Source: Gemmatimonadota bacterium (GTDB lineage Bacteria; Gemmatimonadota; Gemmatimonadetes; Palauibacterales; Palauibacteraceae). Taken from it: a DNA stretch of 58,176 nucleotides. The notes below the pieces were generated by a model, which worked only from the letters and a program-made list of their open reading frames with translations, searched no databases and was not told the DNA's origin. Of this stretch, positions 9,361 through 19,960 are shown in pieces (the stretch's first letter is position 1; each line of letters starts with the position of its first letter). The position numbers were made by a program, and so were the translations under genes. The stretch is taken from the NCBI GenBank assembly GCA_039588275.1, contig JBDHAC010000021.1, positions 1-58,176 on the forward strand, given 5' to 3'.

Positions 9361-10842
9361 TTACCAGCGGCTGATGACCACCCGCTTGTCAGTGTAGAAC
9401 TCGATCGCATCCCGCCCTTGCGCTTTGAGGTCCCCGTAGAAGGAAGCCCGGGAACCGCCGAACGGGAAGAAGGCCATCGGCGCCGCGACCCCAATATTGA
9501 CGCCGATCATGCTGATGCCCGCATGATAGCGGAACTCGCGAGCGGCACGTCCGCTGCGCGTGAAGATGGATGTCGCGTTGCCGTACGCGACACGGTGCAT
9601 GAGCGCCACGGCATCCTCGACGGATTCCGCACGCGTGAACGCGGCAACGGGGCCGAAGATCTCCTCGCACCCCACGGTCATCTCCGGCTGCACCCCCTCG
9701 AGCACGCTGGGGCCGATCCAATGCCCGCTCGGGTAGCCCTCCACGGCGGCATCTCGCCCATCCAGGATGACCTCGGCACCTTCCGAAGCGCCGGTCTCGA
9801 TGAACTCTGCGATCCGGTCCCGATGTCCCGCCGAGATCACCGGTCCCATGTCGGTCTCCGGCTCGAGCCCGTACCCGAGCTCGAGTCCGCGCGCACCATC
9901 CAGGACCCGTTCCCGAATCTCCGGGTACGCCTCGCCCACGCCGACCACCACGCTGCCCGCCAGACAACGCTGGCCGGTGGAGCCGAAGATGGAGTCGAGC
10001 ACGGCCCCGGTGGTCGCATCCATATCGGCATCCGGCAGGACGATCATGTGGTTCTTGGCGCCACCGAGCGCCTGCACGCGCTTCCCCGCCCGAGCCGCCC
10101 TGGCGTACACCTCCCGCGCCGTGGCACTCGAGCCGACGAAAGAGACGCCGCGCACCTCTGGGTGGTCCACCAGCGCCTGCGCGACCTCGCTCCCCCCGTG
10201 CACGACGTTGAGGACTCCCGCGGGCAGGCCAGCCTCTGCGGCGAGATCGATGACCCCCTGATGCGTGAGCGGGTCCTGCTCGCTGGGCTTCAGAACGAAG
10301 GTGTTGCCGGTGGCGACCGCATACGGCCAGAACCAGAGCGGGATCATCACCGGAAAGTTGTACGGGGTGATCGCCGCGAACACGCCGAGGGGCTGCCGAA
10401 TCGTCTCACAGTCGATCCCGCTCGCGATGTCTTCCAGCGTCTCGCCCATCATGAGACTGGGGATACCGCACGCGTGCTCGACGTTCTCGATCCCCCGCTG
10501 CACTTCACCACACGACTCTGCGAGCGCTTTCCCGTGCTCACGCGTGAGGCTGCGACCCAGCTCATCGCGGTGCTCGTCGAGGAGTGCCTTGAGGCGGAAG
10601 AGAACGCGCGCCCGCTCGACCGGCGGGATGGCACGCCATGCGGGAAACGCGTCAGCGGCGGCGGAGACGGCGTCGCCGACCTCGCGAGACGTGGAGAGCG
10701 GCACCCGGCCGAGGAGATCCGCGGTGGCCGGATCCACCACGGGGAGCGAGCGCTGTGTCGGGGACTCCACCCAGCGGCCGCCGATGAAGTTGGGGATTTG
10801 TGAGTCGCTCATCCCGACATCTGGGGGTGTGGCGAGGGTCAT
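9361..10842 (-). CDS. mmsA: CoA-acylating (methyl)malonate-semialdehyde dehydrogenase
   Basis: ITPYNFPVMIPLW, SFVGS, KRVQALGGAKNH, GQRCLA, EEIFGPV, GVNIGVAAPMAFFPFGG. Confidence 0.88.
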   Translation of the reverse strand: MTLATPPDVGMSDSQIPNFIGGRWVESPTQRSLPVVDPATADLLGRVPLSTSREVGDAVSAAADAFPAWRAIPPVERARVLFRLKALLDEHRDELGRSLTREHGKALAESCGEVQRGIENVEHACGIPSLMMGETLEDIASGIDCETIRQPLGVFAAITPYNFPVMIPLWFWPYAVATGNTFVLKPSEQDPLTHQGVIDLAAEAGLPAGVLNVVHGGSEVAQALVDHPEVRGVSFVGSSATAREVYARAARAGKRVQALGGAKNHMIVLPDADMDATTGAVLDSIFGSTGQRCLAGSVVVGVGEAYPEIRERVLDGARGLELGYGLEPETDMGPVISAGHRDRIAEFIETGASEGAEVILDGRDAAVEGYPSGHWIGPSVLEGVQPEMTVGCEEIFGPVAAFTRAESVEDAVALMHRVAYGNATSIFTRSGRAAREFRYHAGISMIGVNIGVAAPMAFFPFGGSRASFYGDLKAQGRDAIEFYTDKRVVISRW

Positions 10843-10862
10843 CGGCACCTCCGGTGTGGCGG

Positions 10863-11720
10863 TTACTCCTCCCAGCGATAGAACCCCTCGCCCGTCTTCT
10901 TTCCCAGCTTCCCGGCAGCCACCATCTCCTCGAGAAGACGCGGCGGCTCGAAGCGCTCGGATCCGATCTCCTCGCGCAGATACCGCGCGATCTCCAGCCG
11001 CACGTCGAGTCCCACGAGGTCTGTGAGGCGGAGCGGTCCCATGGGGTGCCGGTACCCGAGGGTCATGGCCAGGTCGATGTCGTCCGGCGACGCGACGTCT
11101 TCCTCGACCATGCGGATCGCCTCCAGACCCAGAGCGATCCCCAGTCGGGAGGAAGCGAACCCCGGCGAGTCTCTCACGACGATGGGCGTCTTCCCCATGC
11201 TCTCGGCGACCGAGCGAGCGCGCTCCACGCTCTCGTCGGATGTCGCATCTCCCCGAACGATCTCGACCAGCGCCATGATGTGGACAGGGTTGAAGAAGTG
11301 CATGCCGACCACCCGCTCCGGGTGAGTCAGCGGCTCGGCGATCGCGGTGATCGAAAGCGACGATGTGTTCGTGGCCATGAGGGCCGAGTCGGCGGCGTGC
11401 TTCGACGCCAGGCCGAGGATCTCGCGCTTGAGCTCGAGCTTCTCGGGAGCTGCCTCGATGACGATGGTCGCGTCTGACGCGGCATCCTCGAGCGCCGTGC
11501 GAGCCTCGATACGCTCGAGAGCCGCATCCCGGATCTCCGAGGTCACTTTCCCGCGCTCGACTCCTTTGGCGAGGTTCGCCTCGATACGCTCGATCGCTTT
11601 TCCGAGCGTGTCGGGCGCGACGTCGTACAGGCGCGTCTCGTATCCCGCCATCCCCGCGATCTGCGCGATCCCGTGCCCCATCGTCCCCGCGCCGAGGACG
11701 GCAATCGTTTCCTCACTCAT
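10863..11720 (-). CDS. 3-hydroxyacyl-CoA dehydrogenase (Hbd/PaaH-like)
   Basis: GAGTMGHGIA Rossmann motif, TNTSSL, GMHFFNP, HPMGPLRLTDLVGLD. Confidence 0.92.
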   Translation of the reverse strand: MSEETIAVLGAGTMGHGIAQIAGMAGYETRLYDVAPDTLGKAIERIEANLAKGVERGKVTSEIRDAALERIEARTALEDAASDATIVIEAAPEKLELKREILGLASKHAADSALMATNTSSLSITAIAEPLTHPERVVGMHFFNPVHIMALVEIVRGDATSDESVERARSVAESMGKTPIVVRDSPGFASSRLGIALGLEAIRMVEEDVASPDDIDLAMTLGYRHPMGPLRLTDLVGLDVRLEIARYLREEIGSERFEPPRLLEEMVAAGKLGKKTGEGFYRWEE

Positions 11721-11764
11721 CGCATCCCCCTTTGCGGGGTCGCTTCAGCCTCTCCCCGCGTGTC

Positions 11765-12256
11765 TCACAGGCGAAGCGTTCTCCGACGGATGACCGCGAT
11801 CGCATCGAACCCCAACTCCTCCGCGACGGCGTTGGCCATCAGATTGTCGGCTCCTGTGTACAACCGCACGTCCTGCAGTCCCCGCTCTCGCGCCCAGGCG
11901 AACGCGGCCTCGAGGAGGCGCTTGAGGTTACCCTTCCGACGCGCATCTGTGCGTACGAACGGAGCCTGGATCCGGGCATAGCGCGGAGGCATGAAGTAGG
12001 GCTGGTTCTCTTCCTCCAGACAGCTGATCATGCCGTCCAGCCCCCCATCATCGCGCTCGAGCACGAACAGCGCCGCGCTTGGATCGGTGAGCCGCTTGGC
12101 ATAGAGGTCCCTGCGGGCCTGCAGCCCGTCGGGAGCGAGTCGATAGGCGGGGTTCAACGCGTGCGCGCGCATGAAGTGCGCCCACAGCGCGACGACCTCA
12201 TCCAGGTCACGCTCGGTCGCCTGCCGAAGAGCGGATCGCCCACTGATTGTATCCAT
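11765..12256 (-). CDS. GNAT family acetyltransferase
   Basis: LRQAT..D start, FV..DARRKG motif A, N..A...E.LGF. Confidence 0.75.
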   Translation of the reverse strand: MDTISGRSALRQATERDLDEVVALWAHFMRAHALNPAYRLAPDGLQARRDLYAKRLTDPSAALFVLERDDGGLDGMISCLEEENQPYFMPPRYARIQAPFVRTDARRKGNLKRLLEAAFAWARERGLQDVRLYTGADNLMANAVAEELGFDAIAVIRRRTLRL

Positions 12257-12281
12257 AAATCGTAGCCGCGAGTTCGATTAC

Positions 12282-13076
12282 TTAGCTGTCGAGCGAGAAG
12301 CTTGGTTCGCGCTTCTCGAGAAACGCTGCCGTCCCTTCGAGCGCGTCCGCCGACTGGAAGCAGGCACGTTGTGCCTCGAGCTCGTACGCGAGCATCTGCT
12401 CGAGGTCCGACGCGAGGCTCTGCTGGATCGCCTGCTTGGCCATTCGAAGGGGGAGCGCCGGCTTGCGGGCCAGACGCTCGGCCCACGAGCGCGTCTCCTC
12501 CATCAGACGATCGTGTGGCACGACCCGGTTCACGAGGCCGATTCGCTCTGCCTCGCGAGCCTCCACCATCTCGGCCAGGAAGAACAACTCCGCCGCGCGG
12601 GCGGGGCCCACGAGGCGCGGAACGACGTACGTGCCGCCCCAATCCGGGTGCAGTCCGATCCGGTTGAAGGTCTGGCCGATCGCCGCGCGATCCGATGCGA
12701 TCCTCAGGTCGCAGGCAAGCGCCATGTTGGCGCCACCCCCGGCGGCGGGTCCGTTCAGCGCCGCGATGACCGGCTTGGGCATGTGGCGGATGGACCGCAC
12801 GACGCGCCGCCCCGCATCCACGAGCGCCGTCGCCTCGTCCAGCTTTCCGGATTGGATCAGCTCCGCCAGGTAGTTGACGTCGGCCCCCGCGCAGAACGCG
12901 CGGCCCTTTCCCGTAACGATCACCGCGCGCACGGCCTCGTCCGTGCCCAGGCTCGCGAGTCCATCCGCGATCTCATCGCGCATCTTCCCGAAGAAGGCGT
13001 TGAGCTTCTCCGGGCGGTTCAGGGTGAGCGTGCCGACCGGCCCATCCCTGTGCACCAATACGTGAGACGTGCTCAG
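12282..13076 (-). CDS. Enoyl-CoA hydratase/isomerase, PaaG-like
   Basis: [42 protein letters not shown]. Start uncertain; CTG at 13076 overlapping the thiolase stop is proposed. Confidence 0.85.
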   Translation of the reverse strand: MSTSHVLVHRDGPVGTLTLNRPEKLNAFFGKMRDEIADGLASLGTDEAVRAVIVTGKGRAFCAGADVNYLAELIQSGKLDEATALVDAGRRVVRSIRHMPKPVIAALNGPAAGGGANMALACDLRIASDRAAIGQTFNRIGLHPDWGGTYVVPRLVGPARAAELFFLAEMVEAREAERIGLVNRVVPHDRLMEETRSWAERLARKPALPLRMAKQAIQQSLASDLEQMLAYELEAQRACFQSADALEGTAAFLEKREPSFSLDS

Positions 13077-14293
13077 GAGGCTCCCTCCGCGTGGACGATC
13101 GTGGCGATGCCCTGTCCGACCCCGATGCACATGGTCACGAGACCCGTGCGGCCGCCGCGGCGCGCGAGCTCGTGCACGAGCGTCGTGAACAGCTTGGCGC
13201 CCGTGCAGCCGAGCGGGTGTCCGAGGGCGATGGCTCCGCCGCTCACGTTGACGATCTCCGGGTCGAGTCCCAGCTCGCGGACGCAGGGCACCGCCTGCGC
13301 CGCGAAAGCCTCGTTCAGCTCCACGAGGTCCAGGTCCTCGACTCCCAGCCCCTCTCGCTCGAGCACCTTGCGCGTCGCCGGGACCGGTCCGATCCCCATG
13401 CAGGCGGGGTCCACGCCCGCGACGGCCGAGGCTCCTAGACGGGCCATGGGCTCCAGACCGAGCTCGCGCGCGGCGGCCCGGCTCGTCACGAGCACCGCTG
13501 CCGCCCCGTCGTTGATGCCCGAAGCGCTGCCCGCGGTGACCGTACCTCCCGAGCGGAACGCCGGCCGGAGGGCCGCGAGCTTCTCCGCCGTGACCTCGGG
13601 TCGCGGGTGCTCATCGATATCCACGATGCGCGTCTTGCCCGGGCCGGCCGACACTTCGATCGGCACGATCTCATCGCGAAAGCGTCTCCCCTCCAACGCC
13701 CGTGCGGCGCGCCGTTGGCTCTCGAGGGCGAAGGCGTCCTGATCCTCCCGCGACACGCCGTACGTCTCCGCGACCACCTCGGCGGTCTCTCCGAGCGAGA
13801 TGGTCCAGCGCTCGGGCATCGACGGGTTGGTGAAGCGCCAACCCACGGTGGTGTCCGAGATGGGCGGGGCGACGCGCGAGAAGGCCTTCTCGGGCTTCAG
13901 CATCACCCAGGGCGCACGAGACATGCATTCGACGCCACCCGCGATGAACACGTCGCCTTCGCCAGCCCGGATCGCGTGCCCCGCCGACACGATCGCCTGG
14001 AGACCCGAGCCGCACAGCCGGTTCACGGTCTGCCCGGCGACCTCGACCGGCAATCCCGCGAGGAGCGCCGACATGCGGGCCACGTTGCGGTTGTCCTCGC
14101 CCGTCTGGTTCGCCGCCCCCGCGATGACGTCTTCTATCTGGTCCGCCGGCACGCCGGTGCGCTCCATGAGCGCCTCGATCACGCGCGCCAGAAGATCATC
14201 GGGCCTGACGCCGGAGAGACTGCCCGCGTGTCGTCCGACCGGCGTCCTGACGGCGTCGATGACGACAGGATCCCGATCCCCTGATTCGCCCAT
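13073..14293 (-). CDS. Acetyl-CoA C-acyltransferase (3-oxoadipyl-CoA thiolase, PaaJ/PcaF-like)
   Basis: [40 protein letters not shown]. Confidence 0.92.
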   Translation of the reverse strand: MGESGDRDPVVIDAVRTPVGRHAGSLSGVRPDDLLARVIEALMERTGVPADQIEDVIAGAANQTGEDNRNVARMSALLAGLPVEVAGQTVNRLCGSGLQAIVSAGHAIRAGEGDVFIAGGVECMSRAPWVMLKPEKAFSRVAPPISDTTVGWRFTNPSMPERWTISLGETAEVVAETYGVSREDQDAFALESQRRAARALEGRRFRDEIVPIEVSAGPGKTRIVDIDEHPRPEVTAEKLAALRPAFRSGGTVTAGSASGINDGAAAVLVTSRAAARELGLEPMARLGASAVAGVDPACMGIGPVPATRKVLEREGLGVEDLDLVELNEAFAAQAVPCVRELGLDPEIVNVSGGAIALGHPLGCTGAKLFTTLVHELARRGGRTGLVTMCIGVGQGIATIVHAEGAS

Positions 14294-14552
14294 TACGCTC
14301 TCCTCCCTATATCCGAGCAGTGCCACGCCCGGAGCGGCCGGGTCCTTTGCGGATGACCTCGGCTCAGTCGGTGTGCTCCAGTGCGCCGAGTGGGGTCCCT
14401 TCCGAGCGACCGTAGATCCGCGCTTCGTGGGTGCCCTGCGGACATGCAGGTCGGCGACGCGGTAGCCCGGCCCACCAGGCCACGTCGCGGAGCTTCCGCG
14501 TCGCGAGCGGAGGGACTCCGCCGGCGCACCGCCACACCGAACCGATGATGCT

Positions 14553-16031
14553 TCACCGCAGATCGACCCATACCGACTTCACCTGCGTGTACTGCTCGAG
14601 CGCGTGTCGGCCCAGATCGCGACCGTAGCCGCTTTGCTTGTAGCCGCCGAACGGGCTGGCCGGATCGTACAGGTTGTATGTGTTGATCCACACGGTGCCC
14701 GCCTTGAGGCGCGACGCGACGTAATGAGCCTTCTTGATGTCGCTCGTCCACACCGCGGCGGCGAGCCCGTACATGCTGTCGTTCGCCCTCTCGATCGCTT
14801 CGTCCACATCGTCGAACGTGAGGGTCGCGAGCACGGGGCCGAAGATCTCTTCCTGCGCGATCGTCATGTCCGGCCGTACGCCGTCGAAGACGGTCGGCTC
14901 CACGAAGTACCCCGGCCGGATATCGGCCCGGCCCCCCCCGGCGACGACCTCGGCTCCCTCCTCCACTCCTTTCTCGATGTACCCGAGCACCGTCTCCATC
15001 TGCTTCTCGGAGACGACGGCTCCGATCCGCGTGCCCTTCTCGAAGGGATCGCCCACCTTCAGGCCCGCGGCTCCCTCGGCGACCATCTCGACCATCTGAT
15101 GATGCGCCGTCCCCTCGACGAGGAGACGGCTGCCGGCAGCGCACACCTCGCCCTTCCCGTAGAAAATCCCGTTGAGCGCGCCCTTCGCGGCGATGGGGAG
15201 GTTCGCATCCGCGAACACGATGTTGGGGCTCTTGCCCCCGAGCTCCAGCGAGACGCGCTTGACGGTGTCGGCCGCGACCTTCGCGATGCGCTGGCCGACC
15301 CCGGTGGAGCCGGTGAAAGCGATCTTGTCCACGCCGGGATGAGCGACGAGTGCTTCCCCGGCCGTCGATCCGCCTCCGGGGACGACGTTGAGCACGCCGG
15401 GAGGCAACCCCACTTCGGAGGCGACGTCCGCGAGCAACAACGCCGTGAGCGGGGTCTCGGTGGCGGGCTTGAGGATGACCGTGCACCCGGCGGCCAGCGC
15501 CGGTGCCACCTTCCACGAGGCCAGATTCAACGGGAAGTTCCAGGGTACGATCGCCCCGACGACGCCGATCGGCTCCCGCAAAGTGTAGTTGAACTGGTTC
15601 GGGACCGAGACGGGGATCGTCTCCCCCTCGATCTTGGTCGTCCACCCCGCGTAGTACTCGAACGTCTGGATCGTCATCGCCATGTCGATGCCGCTCTCGA
15701 ACAGGGGTTTCCCGTTGTTGAGCGTCTCGGTCCGGGCGAATTCGTCCTTTCGCTCCTCGAGCCGCTGCGCCATCTGCCAGAGCAGCTTCCCCCGCTGACG
15801 AGCGGTCATCTCCCTCCACTCGCCGCCCTCGAACGCCTCGCGGGCCGCGCGCACGGCGAGGTCGACATCGGCTGCCGCGGCTTCCGCGACCGCCGTCAGT
15901 ACCTCCTCGCGGGCCGGGTCCTCGACGTCGAACGTCGCGCCGCTGACGGCGTCGACCCACTCGCCGCCGATGTACAGTCGCCCCGGAGCCAGGACATCCG
16001 GCACCGAGCGGGTCAGAGTCGCTTCTGTCAT
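14553..16031 (-). CDS. NAD-dependent aldehyde dehydrogenase
   Basis: [41 protein letters not shown]. Confidence 0.93.
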   Translation of the reverse strand: MTEATLTRSVPDVLAPGRLYIGGEWVDAVSGATFDVEDPAREEVLTAVAEAAAADVDLAVRAAREAFEGGEWREMTARQRGKLLWQMAQRLEERKDEFARTETLNNGKPLFESGIDMAMTIQTFEYYAGWTTKIEGETIPVSVPNQFNYTLREPIGVVGAIVPWNFPLNLASWKVAPALAAGCTVILKPATETPLTALLLADVASEVGLPPGVLNVVPGGGSTAGEALVAHPGVDKIAFTGSTGVGQRIAKVAADTVKRVSLELGGKSPNIVFADANLPIAAKGALNGIFYGKGEVCAAGSRLLVEGTAHHQMVEMVAEGAAGLKVGDPFEKGTRIGAVVSEKQMETVLGYIEKGVEEGAEVVAGGGRADIRPGYFVEPTVFDGVRPDMTIAQEEIFGPVLATLTFDDVDEAIERANDSMYGLAAAVWTSDIKKAHYVASRLKAGTVWINTYNLYDPASPFGGYKQSGYGRDLGRHALEQYTQVKSVWVDLR

Positions 16032-16111
16032 CTCCGCTTATCCTCCCGCGTCCACGGTCTCGCCGCGGCGCGTATCGGTCTCGCCCGGCGCGTGCGCCGC
16101 ACGTCGATGCC

Positions 16112-16906
16112 TCAGCGGCCGGCGAACTGCGGGTCGCGCTTCTCCACGTACGCTTCGAGACCTTCCTTAGCGTCCTCGCCCTGGAAGAGGAGCTGCTGGA
16201 GCTCGCGCTCGATGGCCAATCCTTCGGAGAACGGGACCTCGATGCCGCTGCACACGGCCCGCTTGATCCGACCGACGGCGCGGGAGGCCTTGTGCGGGGG
16301 CGTGAACTGGCGGGCGTATTCCATCACCTGCTCGAAGAACGCACCGTCGTCCCCGTCGACCACGCGATTGACCAGCCCCAGCTCCAGCGCCGTGTCGAAG
16401 TCGAACGTGCGTCCCTCGGCCATCAGCTCGATCGCCTTCGACTTGCCCAGCAGGCGCCCGAGCCGCTGCGTGCCGCCCGTCCCGGGGAGCACGCCCAGGT
16501 TGACCTCGGGGAGCCCGATCATCCCGCCACCCTTTCGGGCGAGACGCAGATCGCAGGCGAGCGCGATCTCCAGACCGCCGCCGACCGTGTGCCCGTTGAG
16601 CGCGCCGATGACCAGCTTCGACGTCTGCTCGAGTCGATTGAGGGTCTCGTTGGCATGCAGGCAGAAGTAATACTTGAAGTACGGATCCGAGGTCTGGAGC
16701 ATCCCGATGTTCGCGCCGGCCGAGAAGAACTTCTCTCCCGCACCCCGAATCACGATGACGTGAACGGCCTCGTCGAAGCGCGCCTGCAGGATCGCGTCGT
16801 CCATCTCCCGCATCATTTCGTGCGTGTACGTATTGGCGGGAGGGTCGTCCATCGTGACGATGGCGACGCCGTCCTGGACCTCATATCGGATCAGCTTGTC
16901 AGCCAT
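16112..16906 (-). CDS. Enoyl-CoA hydratase/isomerase family protein
   Basis: FFSAGANI, GGGLE, LPEVNLGVLPGTGGTQRL. Confidence 0.9.
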   Translation of the reverse strand: MADKLIRYEVQDGVAIVTMDDPPANTYTHEMMREMDDAILQARFDEAVHVIVIRGAGEKFFSAGANIGMLQTSDPYFKYYFCLHANETLNRLEQTSKLVIGALNGHTVGGGLEIALACDLRLARKGGGMIGLPEVNLGVLPGTGGTQRLGRLLGKSKAIELMAEGRTFDFDTALELGLVNRVVDGDDGAFFEQVMEYARQFTPPHKASRAVGRIKRAVCSGIEVPFSEGLAIERELQQLLFQGEDAKEGLEAYVEKRDPQFAGR

Positions 16907-17136
16907 TTTCGAGCCTCTTTCTCGACGTTGAATGGATCTTGATCGGGCGAACGAGGGCGTACCGCGGCCCGCGGATTGGGGTGTGGTCCAACCTGCGCCA
17001 CCGGGAGGGCAAAACTATCCGGCGAGCGTGCGACTGGACAAGCATTCTCCGACGCTGCGAGCGTTCGCCGGGGCGAATCCGCCGACGCTCGGTGGGAGCG
17101 ATTTGGACAGTACGTCGCGATCACTACATTCCGATC

Positions 17137-17823
17137 ATGATGACAGAGGTCTCGCTCCGCCGCGGTGTGCGTCACTTATGTGACCGGGACGCGGATCTCG
17201 CACGCGTGGTGCAGCGCTGGGGGGTCCCGCCTCTCTGGGCGCGGACGCCCGGCTTCGCCACGCTCCTTCACATCATCCTCGAACAGCAGGTCTCGCTGGC
17301 CTCGGCCGGGGCCGCCATGGACCGACTCGTAGCTGCGGTCGGGCAACCCGACCCCGCGACGTTCCTGGATCTGTCCGACGAGGAGCTGCTGGCGATCGGT
17401 TACAGCCGCCAGAAGCGCCGGTACGGACGGGCTCTGGCACGGCGCATTCTCGATGGGGAGATCGACCTCCGAGAGTTGGAGGGGCTGCCGGACGCCACCG
17501 CACGTGAGCGGTTGACGGCGCTGACGGGCATCGGCCCTTGGACCGCCGACATCTATTTGCTCATGGCACTCGGCCGGCCGGACATCTGGCCGGTTGGAGA
17601 CATCGCGTTGGCCACGGCGGCCTGGCGACTCAAGGCGCTCCCCGCCCGCCCGCTCGCCGGGGAGCTGGAACGCCTGGGTGCGGATTGGGCACCGTGGCGG
17701 TCGGTCGCCGCCCGCATCCTGTGGCACTACTACCTTTCGGATCCGGCTGCTCGCGCCCGCCCGCCCGACCCCGGCGGGACCGCGGCCGACCCCGGCGGGA
17801 ACGCGTCCGGGGCAGATTCATAG
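17137..17823 (+). CDS. DNA-3-methyladenine glycosylase II (AlkA-like HhH-GPD)
   Basis: ILEQQVS, L.GIGPWTA HhH motif, D.WP.GD, W.PWRS.AA. Confidence 0.88.
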   Translation: MMTEVSLRRGVRHLCDRDADLARVVQRWGVPPLWARTPGFATLLHIILEQQVSLASAGAAMDRLVAAVGQPDPATFLDLSDEELLAIGYSRQKRRYGRALARRILDGEIDLRELEGLPDATARERLTALTGIGPWTADIYLLMALGRPDIWPVGDIALATAAWRLKALPARPLAGELERLGADWAPWRSVAARILWHYYLSDPAARARPPDPGGTAADPGGNASGADS

Positions 17824-17970
17824 ACGTCGCCAATCAGGCCTCGCGCCCTACCGACGGAACCGCAACGTTGTCCCGGGGTCGGGTGTCGAATCCGGGAGCG
17901 CTGCACTCGCTTGTCCTGGCGTGTCCGTGAAAGAGCCATGCATGTCATTGCCTGATCCCGACCCACCGCG

Positions 17971-19251
17971 ATGCTGAAACGCACCGGCCTCACCGTCCTC
18001 GCGGCGACGGTTCTCGTGGACATGATCGGCTTCGGGATCGTGCTCCCCCTGCTCCCCTTCTACGCCGAGGAGTTGGGTGCCAGCCCGCTGGAGGTGACCC
18101 TGATCATCGCCTCCTTCTCGGCCATGCAGCTCCTGGCCGCACCGATCTGGGGGCGCATCTCCGACCGCCACGGACGCCGACCCCTGATTCTGGCCGGGCT
18201 GTTCGCGTCGGCGATCTCCTATTTGATCTTCGCCCTGGCCGATTCGCTCGCCGTGCTGCTCCTGTCTCGAATCGCGGCCGGGGCCGCCGGCGGCACGATC
18301 TCGGTGGCGCAGGCATACGTCGCCGACTCCACCGAGGGGGACGAGCGGACGCACGGGCTCGGTCTGATCGGGGCCGCCTCCGGGCTCGGAATCATGCTGG
18401 GTCCGGCGATAGGGGGGTTCTTCAGCCGCTTCGGGCTCGGGGTGCCCGGATACGTGGCGGCTGCCCTGTGCCTGATCAATGGGCTTGCGGCCATCGTGTA
18501 CCTGCCCGAGTCGCGGCATTTCCGTGACCGACCCGGGTGGGCGGCGGGTGTGCGAGCGAAGGTGGTCGGTGCGGGAGGAGAGGCGGCCAGTCTGCGCGGG
18601 TGGGCGACCGCGCTGACCCGATTTCCGTTGTGGCTGTTGTTCAGCGTGTACTTCCTCTGCATCAGCTCGTTCGCCGCGATGACCTCCGTACTGGCGCTCT
18701 ACCTGGAACGGGCGTTCGCCATGGGTGCCTCCGAGATGGGCCTCATCTTCACCGCTGCGGGAGCCGTCACGGTGGTGGTCCGCGGCGCCGCAGTGGGGAG
18801 GCTCGTGCGCCGGGTCGGAGAGGCGCTCACCGTGCGAGGGGGCACCGTGATCCTCGCCCTCGGCATCTCCACGATTCCGCTCATTCCGAATCGGTGGTGG
18901 CTGGCGCTGCTGGTGCCGATGTGGGCGGTGGCCACCGGCATCCTGTTCCCGTCGCTCGCGAGCCTGATCTCTCAGGCGACGGATGCCGACTCGCAGGGCT
19001 CCATCCTGGGGGGAAGCCAACTGTTCGGGGGACTGGGCCGCGTGCTCGGACCGGTCTGGGCTGGCCTCCTGTTCCAGCACGTGAGCATCGCCAGCCCGTT
19101 CGCGATGGCGGGGATCCTGGTCGGGATCGCCGTGGTGCTGGCCATACGCATTCCTTCGCCGCGCGAGCTGGACGAGGATACGCGACCGGGCTGGAGCGGC
19201 ACGGTGGCCGGCCCCGACCCGGCTGACGCCCCCGAGGGAGCCGGCCCCTGA
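17971..19251 (+). CDS. MFS transporter (TetA/DHA1-like)
   Basis: DMIGFGIVLPLLP, GRISDRHGRRP motif A, AQAYVAD, LGPAIGG; 12 TM segments. Confidence 0.9.
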   Translation: MLKRTGLTVLAATVLVDMIGFGIVLPLLPFYAEELGASPLEVTLIIASFSAMQLLAAPIWGRISDRHGRRPLILAGLFASAISYLIFALADSLAVLLLSRIAAGAAGGTISVAQAYVADSTEGDERTHGLGLIGAASGLGIMLGPAIGGFFSRFGLGVPGYVAAALCLINGLAAIVYLPESRHFRDRPGWAAGVRAKVVGAGGEAASLRGWATALTRFPLWLLFSVYFLCISSFAAMTSVLALYLERAFAMGASEMGLIFTAAGAVTVVVRGAAVGRLVRRVGEALTVRGGTVILALGISTIPLIPNRWWLALLVPMWAVATGILFPSLASLISQATDADSQGSILGGSQLFGGLGRVLGPVWAGLLFQHVSIASPFAMAGILVGIAVVLAIRIPSPRELDEDTRPGWSGTVAGPDPADAPEGAGP

Positions 19252-19922
19252 GTGCCGCGCAGGCCGCCTTCGTCGCCACCGAGCGCTGGGGGGAGGTGTC
19301 GGCCCTGCTCGATCGGCCGCCCGAGGCGCGCTGGCTGCTCGCGCTCGCGCACGGTGCCGGCGCAGGAATCCAGCACCCGTTCATGGAGTCGATGAGCGCC
19401 GCCCTCGCCAGACACGGTGTGGCTACGCTCCGCTACCAGTTCCCCTACATGGAGCGGGGACGGCGGCCCCCGGATCCGCAGCGGATCCTGCTCGAAACGG
19501 TGCGCGCGGCGGTCACGCGCGCCACCGAGGTCGCGGATGGCTTGCCGGTTCTCGCGGGAGGGAAGTCGATGGGGGGAAGGATGACATCGCTGGCCGCCTC
19601 GCAGGAGCCTCTGCAAGGCGTGGGCGGCATCGTGTTCCTCGGATTTCCCCTGCACCCGGCCGGACGTCCCTGTGTCGACCGGGCCGCACACCTGGACGCC
19701 GTCGGCGTCCCGATGCTGTTCCTGCAGGGGAGTCGTGACCGCCTCGCGAGCCTCGATCTGCTCACGCACGTGTGCGCCGGCCTGGGTCCGGGTACGACGC
19801 TCTGCGTGGTCGAGGACGCGGATCACTCCTTCCACGTCCCGAAGCGAACCGGTCGCACGGATGAAGAGGTCCTCGACGAATTAGCGCGCAGGACCGCCGA
19901 TTGGGCGGCGTCCCTGACGTAG
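19248..19922 (+). CDS. Alpha/beta hydrolase family protein
   Basis: AHGAGA, GGKSMGGR nucleophile elbow, GFPLHP, QG.RD, DH. Start is either GTG 19296 or CTG 19248. Confidence 0.85.
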   Translation: MSAAQAAFVATERWGEVSALLDRPPEARWLLALAHGAGAGIQHPFMESMSAALARHGVATLRYQFPYMERGRRPPDPQRILLETVRAAVTRATEVADGLPVLAGGKSMGGRMTSLAASQEPLQGVGGIVFLGFPLHPAGRPCVDRAAHLDAVGVPMLFLQGSRDRLASLDLLTHVCAGLGPGTTLCVVEDADHSFHVPKRTGRTDEEVLDELARRTADWAASLT

Positions 19923-19960
19923 CACAAGCGCCTCTTCCGCTTTTCCGCTAAATTCGACAC

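Noticed and set aside
7798..10803. 1001-aa plus-strand ORF, and other long antisense ORFs such as 14604-16670, 5415-7172 and 12171-13742
   Set aside because: Shadow frames of well-supported minus-strand genes in GC-rich DNA, with no recognisable motifs.
17765..17806. 21-bp tandem duplication at the AlkA C-terminus
   Set aside because: Two imperfect copies in a low-complexity tail; ordinary slippage.
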